This document shows, piece after piece, positions 58,913 through 64,000 of a stretch of 64,000 nucleotides of DNA (positions are counted from its first letter, which is position 1; the number at the start of each line of letters is the position of its first letter). The notes under the pieces are model-generated. The model saw only the letters and a list, made by a program, of their open reading frames with translations, did no database searches and was not told the DNA's origin. The position numbers were made by a program, and so were the translations under genes. The DNA is taken from NCBI GenBank assembly GCA_963713865.1, contig OY970208.1, positions 544,001 to 608,000 on the forward strand, in the 5' to 3' direction. Source of the DNA: an uncultured candidate division Zixibacteria bacterium. GTDB taxonomy: Bacteria; Zixibacteria; MSB-5A5; RBG-16-43-9.

Positions 58913-59689
58913 ATGCTTATCTGTATAGATATAGGGAATACCAATACCGTTATAGGGATTTTTATAAAAAACCTTTTGAGGAATTATTACCGGGTCTCTT
59001 CCAATCATTTTTTGACAGTGGATGAGTGCGGGATTTTAATCCGGGAATTAATTGAAGGGACTAAATCCGAGAAGATCGAAGGGGTGGTTATTGCCTCAGT
59101 TGTTCCAGCCCTGACCTCAGTTTACCAGGAGATGAGCCTTAAATATCTTCATTCTGACCCGATAATAGTCTCCTCCAAGCTCCCCTTAGGTATTAAGATC
59201 CTTTATGATGACCCTGAACAGGTAGGTGCAGATAGAATCGCAAATGCAGTGGCCTCATTTGAGCTCTATGGAGGTCCGGTTATAGTGGTTGACTTAGGCA
59301 CAGCCACTACTTTTGACGTGGTTTCCCGCAGGGGAGACTATCTCGGAGGAGCAATTTCCCCTGGAATAGAAACCTCCTCAGCAAACCTTTTTCAAAAAGC
59401 CGCTTTACTATCCAAGGTGGAACTTAAAAAGCCAACAAAAGTTATTGGCACAAATACACGGGATAGTCTCAAGTCCGGGATAATTTTTGGTGCAATAGGT
59501 CAGATAGATGAGATAGTCAGAAGAATGGAAAAAGAGCTTGGAGAAAAACCTAAGGTCATAACAACTGGAGGCTTAGCGGAGTTAATCTCCAAAGATTCTA
59601 ATACTATTCAAATAATAAATCCTACCTTAACCCTTCAAGGACTTAAAATGATTTATGACAGAGTTAAAAAATCTAAAAAAATTAAATAG
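58913..59689 (+). CDS. coaX: Type III pantothenate kinase
   Basis: IDIGNT, SVVP, VGADR, DLGTATT, GGAISPG, TGG. Confidence 0.95.
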   Translation: MLICIDIGNTNTVIGIFIKNLLRNYYRVSSNHFLTVDECGILIRELIEGTKSEKIEGVVIASVVPALTSVYQEMSLKYLHSDPIIVSSKLPLGIKILYDDPEQVGADRIANAVASFELYGGPVIVVDLGTATTFDVVSRRGDYLGGAISPGIETSSANLFQKAALLSKVELKKPTKVIGTNTRDSLKSGIIFGAIGQIDEIVRRMEKELGEKPKVITTGGLAELISKDSNTIQIINPTLTLQGLKMIYDRVKKSKKIK

Positions 59690-59803
59690 TATTACTCTGC
59701 TAAGTAATTTTAAAGGCTTGACTTACATTAATACTAAAAAAGATGTTAAGTTTAATGTTATTTTTTTTATTTTAATATAGTTTAGAAATTTTTAAATTTT
59801 TAC

Positions 59804-59832
59804 TTGCTTTTTAAAAGTTTATATTATATAAT
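59804..59832 (+). promoter_or_regulatory. sigma70 promoter of groESL
   Basis: TTGCTT-N17-TATAAT just upstream of CIRCE. Confidence 0.7.
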
Positions 59833-59842
59833 CTCAGAGCAA

Positions 59843-59869
59843 TTAGCAATCTTATAAGGAGAGTGCTAA
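59843..59869 (+). promoter_or_regulatory. CIRCE element (HrcA operator)
   Basis: TTAGCAATC-N9-GAGTGCTAA, one mismatch to TTAGCACTC-N9-GAGTGCTAA, upstream of groES. Confidence 0.92.
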
Positions 59870-59940
59870 AATCTAAAATTGTCAAACAGTATAATTGATT
59901 GATAATTAAACTCTTAAACTAATAGAAAGGAGGATCTATT

Positions 59941-60237
59941 ATGTCCATAGGAAAGATTAAACCCTTGGGAGACAGGGTGCTGATCAAATCCTCAGAGCCA
60001 AATGAAGTAAAGAAGAGCGGGATAATTATCCCGGACACTGCTAAAGAAAAACCCCAGGAGGGGGAAGTAATTGAAGTTGGACCAGGAAGGGTGACTGAGG
60101 AGGGGGAAAGGATTGAAATGGAGGTTAAAAAAGGGGATAAGGTTTTGTACGGAAAATATTCCGGCACAGAAGTAACCATTGATGATGTAGAATACCTGAT
60201 AATGAGAGAAAGCGATATTTTAGCAATAATTGGATAA
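59941..60237 (+). CDS. groES: Co-chaperonin GroES
   Basis: [29 protein letters not shown]. Confidence 0.98.
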   Translation: MSIGKIKPLGDRVLIKSSEPNEVKKSGIIIPDTAKEKPQEGEVIEVGPGRVTEEGERIEMEVKKGDKVLYGKYSGTEVTIDDVEYLIMRESDILAIIG

Positions 60238-60257
60238 TCCGCCCAAAAGCGAGATAA

Positions 60258-61910
<1,653 letters not shown>

Positions 61911-61948
61911 AGAATGAAGGATGACGAATATCGGATGACGGATTAAAT

Positions 61949-62449
61949 GTAGGGGCAGACCTGCGTGTCTGCCCAAATGTAGGGGCGACCTTCTATCCTG
62001 AGCGAAGTCGAAGGACGGGTCGCCCCTAATATTTTCGTAGTGCGACCCTTTTCCTATTGACGGATCCGTAGGACAGGGTCGCTTTTTTATCCCTTCTCTT
62101 TTAGGATAGGGTAGGGTGAGGTTCTAAAGGTAGAGACGCATGGCTATGCGTCTCTACAAATTTAACGTGCCTGCCAGGTCCCCTGACCTAGCAGGTATTT
62201 ATTATCCATAGTGTCCGGGTCATCCCGGACTTTTTATTTTCTCTCCTTTTAGGAGAGGAAAAGGTTGAAAATCCCGCCGCAGGCGTGGGTGAGATCATTT
62301 TGGGAGTGCACTGACCGTCTCAATGAAAGTGCATACAAATGGATGCTACATCCCGCCATCCGGAGGATGTAATCCATAAAAACCCACCTTGTGGGCAAGG
62401 TGGGATAATCGCTATTAGCAATACAGAGACGCATGCAATGCGTCTCTAC
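61949..62449. repeat. Dense array of REP-like palindromes and a terminator (62213-62240)
   Basis: GTAGGGGCAGAC..GTCTGCCC; GTAGGGGCGACC..GGTCGCCCCT; GTAGAGACGCAT..ATGCGTCTCTAC (x2); CCCACCTTG..CAAGGTGGG; GTCCGGG-TCAT-CCCGGAC-T5. Confidence 0.8.
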
Positions 62450-62527
62450 AAAAGATTAAAAATATTTTTGCAACGAGTTATCTTCAGTTTCCGTTATATA
62501 AATATGCACTTGAGAAAAGGAGAAAAG

Positions 62528-64000
62528 ATGCAAAGAGTTTTTAGAAACTGGAAAAGAGGGGTTTTACTTTTTTTGTTACTTTTTTTATTCCCGATTTATC
62601 TATTTGCAGGGGAGGAAGGAAAGGTTACCGACCTGACCCTCAATAACGGTCTGAAAGTCCTTTTAAAAGAGGTTCATGCCTCACCGGTGGTTTCTGTCTG
62701 GTGCTGGTATAAGGTTGGCTCGAAAAATGAAGGTCCCGGTATAACCGGCATCTCCCACTGGGTGGAGCATATGAACTTCAAGGGAACCAAAGAGTTCAGC
62801 AAGGGAGATATATGGAATTTGGTGGAAAGAGCTGGCGGTTTCGAGAATGGATATACCTGGTTAGACCTGACCACTTATTTAGAAACCCTGCCGAAGGATA
62901 AATTGAGCTTGGGGCTGGAAATGGAAAAAGAGAGGATGACCTCCTCCCTTTTTGACTCATCTGAAGTAACCTCTGAAAGGGGAGTGATAATCTCAGAACT
63001 GCAGGGAGGAGAAAACGACCCTGAACAAATCTTAGATGAACAGCTATGGGCACAAGCATTTATTGCTCATCCCTATCATATTCCTACCATTGGCTGGCTC
63101 TCAGATCTGGAGAAGATAACCAGAGATGATTTGTATAATTACTATAAGTCTCATTATATGCCTAACAATGCCACCCTGGTAGTAGTTGGAGATTTTGAAT
63201 CTGAGAAGGTTATACCGCAAATCAAAGAGCTTTTTGAAAATATCCCTCCAGGAAAAAGTCCTGAGCCTTTAAGAACGGTTGAGCCATCCCAGGAAGGGGA
63301 AAAAAGATTTATCCTAAAAGGCGGGGGAGATACCAGATATATGGAGATCGGTTATAAAATTCCTGAGACTTTCAATCACGACTTTTATCCTTTATTGATT
63401 TTAGATGCTATTCTGACCGGAGCAAAAGGTGCAAACACCTGGTCATCTGATTACTGGTCTCAAGCCTCTAAAAGCTCCAGGCTTTACAAGGCTTTAGTGG
63501 ATGAAAATTTAGCCACAAAAGTCAGAGGTGCTCTGATCCCCTTTGCTAATCCAAATCTTTATACTTTTAATCTTACTCTGTCAGAGGATAAGGATTTCAA
63601 AGAGGTTGAGGAAAAAGTATATAAAGAGATCAATAGATTGAAAACTGAGCTTGTCCCTGAACCTGAATTTGATAAAGCCTTTAATCAACTAAAAGCTAAA
63701 CTTTCTTATGAGGATGAGAGTGTTACTGAACAGGCACATCAATTAGGTTATTATGAGACGATTTCTTCATATAAACTCTATTATACTCTTTTGGACAGTC
63801 TAAATCAGGTAAAAAGGGAAGATATAAAAAGAGTGGCTGAAAAATACCTGAATGAAGACCAGAGAACTGTGGGATGGTATATTCCAACAAAAGATGAAAA
63901 GAGTTTTTCTTCCAAAAGCTCTGAGGGCTCTTCTAAATCCTACTATAAGAGCTATTCTTCTGAAAAAATCAATACTCAACCTGAAATAATGGTGGATGTT
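62528..64000 (+). CDS. M16 (insulinase/pitrilysin) zinc peptidase, 3'-truncated by the window end
   Basis: AAGGAG RBS; signal peptide; LNNGLKV, YKVGSKNE, SHWVEHMNFKGT (HxxEH); absent from the ORF track, consistent with no stop in the window. Confidence 0.9.
   Translation, partial: MQRVFRNWKRGVLLFLLLFLFPIYLFAGEEGKVTDLTLNNGLKVLLKEVHASPVVSVWCWYKVGSKNEGPGITGISHWVEHMNFKGTKEFSKGDIWNLVERAGGFENGYTWLDLTTYLETLPKDKLSLGLEMEKERMTSSLFDSSEVTSERGVIISELQGGENDPEQILDEQLWAQAFIAHPYHIPTIGWLSDLEKITRDDLYNYYKSHYMPNNATLVVVGDFESEKVIPQIKELFENIPPGKSPEPLRTVEPSQEGEKRFILKGGGDTRYMEIGYKIPETFNHDFYPLLILDAILTGAKGANTWSSDYWSQASKSSRLYKALVDENLATKVRGALIPFANPNLYTFNLTLSEDKDFKEVEEKVYKEINRLKTELVPEPEFDKAFNQLKAKLSYEDESVTEQAHQLGYYETISSYKLYYTLLDSLNQVKREDIKRVAEKYLNEDQRTVGWYIPTKDEKSFSSKSSEGSSKSYYKSYSSEKINTQPEIMVDV

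Noticed and set aside
61949-62449. CRISPR array or ncRNA gene
   Set aside because: Palindromes differ in sequence and spacing, there are no constant repeats with unique spacers and no cas genes; explained by REP-like elements

Overview
An AT-rich bacterial chromosome segment from a diderm. Gene content (PorV-like barrel, FlgD-Ig/T9SS-like C-terminal domain, PEP-CTERM protein) suggests an FCB-group or Zixibacteria-like lineage, which is inference only. (1) 1-27.9 kb: a PEP-CTERM gene divergent from a ~26 kb Wzx/Wzy-type exopolysaccharide locus in two operons. Each operon starts with a sigma54 promoter plus a duplicated ~200-nt leader. The locus encodes Wzb/Wza/Wzc, Wzx, Wzy, GT4s, five SAM-methyltransferase domains, a radical SAM/SPASM enzyme, a GDP-heptose pathway with its own transaldolase, Wzi and a priming transferase. 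(2) 28-36 kb: PorV-like protein, pth-rpsF-ssb-rpsR-rplI, DUF151, larE, small hypotheticals and an HNH + lipoprotein islet. (3) 36.2-52.6 kb, the most unusual part: a GlmL-like ASKHA ATPase and a hybrid-motif partner, interrupted by an M4 peptidase insertion flanked by a synonymous-only duplication, then three tandem copies of an uncharacterised four-gene membrane module (DUF6754-like). (4) 52.8-64 kb: Ig-repeat lipoprotein, two-component pair, nadC-birA-coaX, CIRCE-groES-groEL and a partial M16 peptidase. Intergenic regions are full of REP-like palindromes. Five single-base frameshifts look like consensus errors. I recognised no rRNA, tRNA, CRISPR array or transposase.
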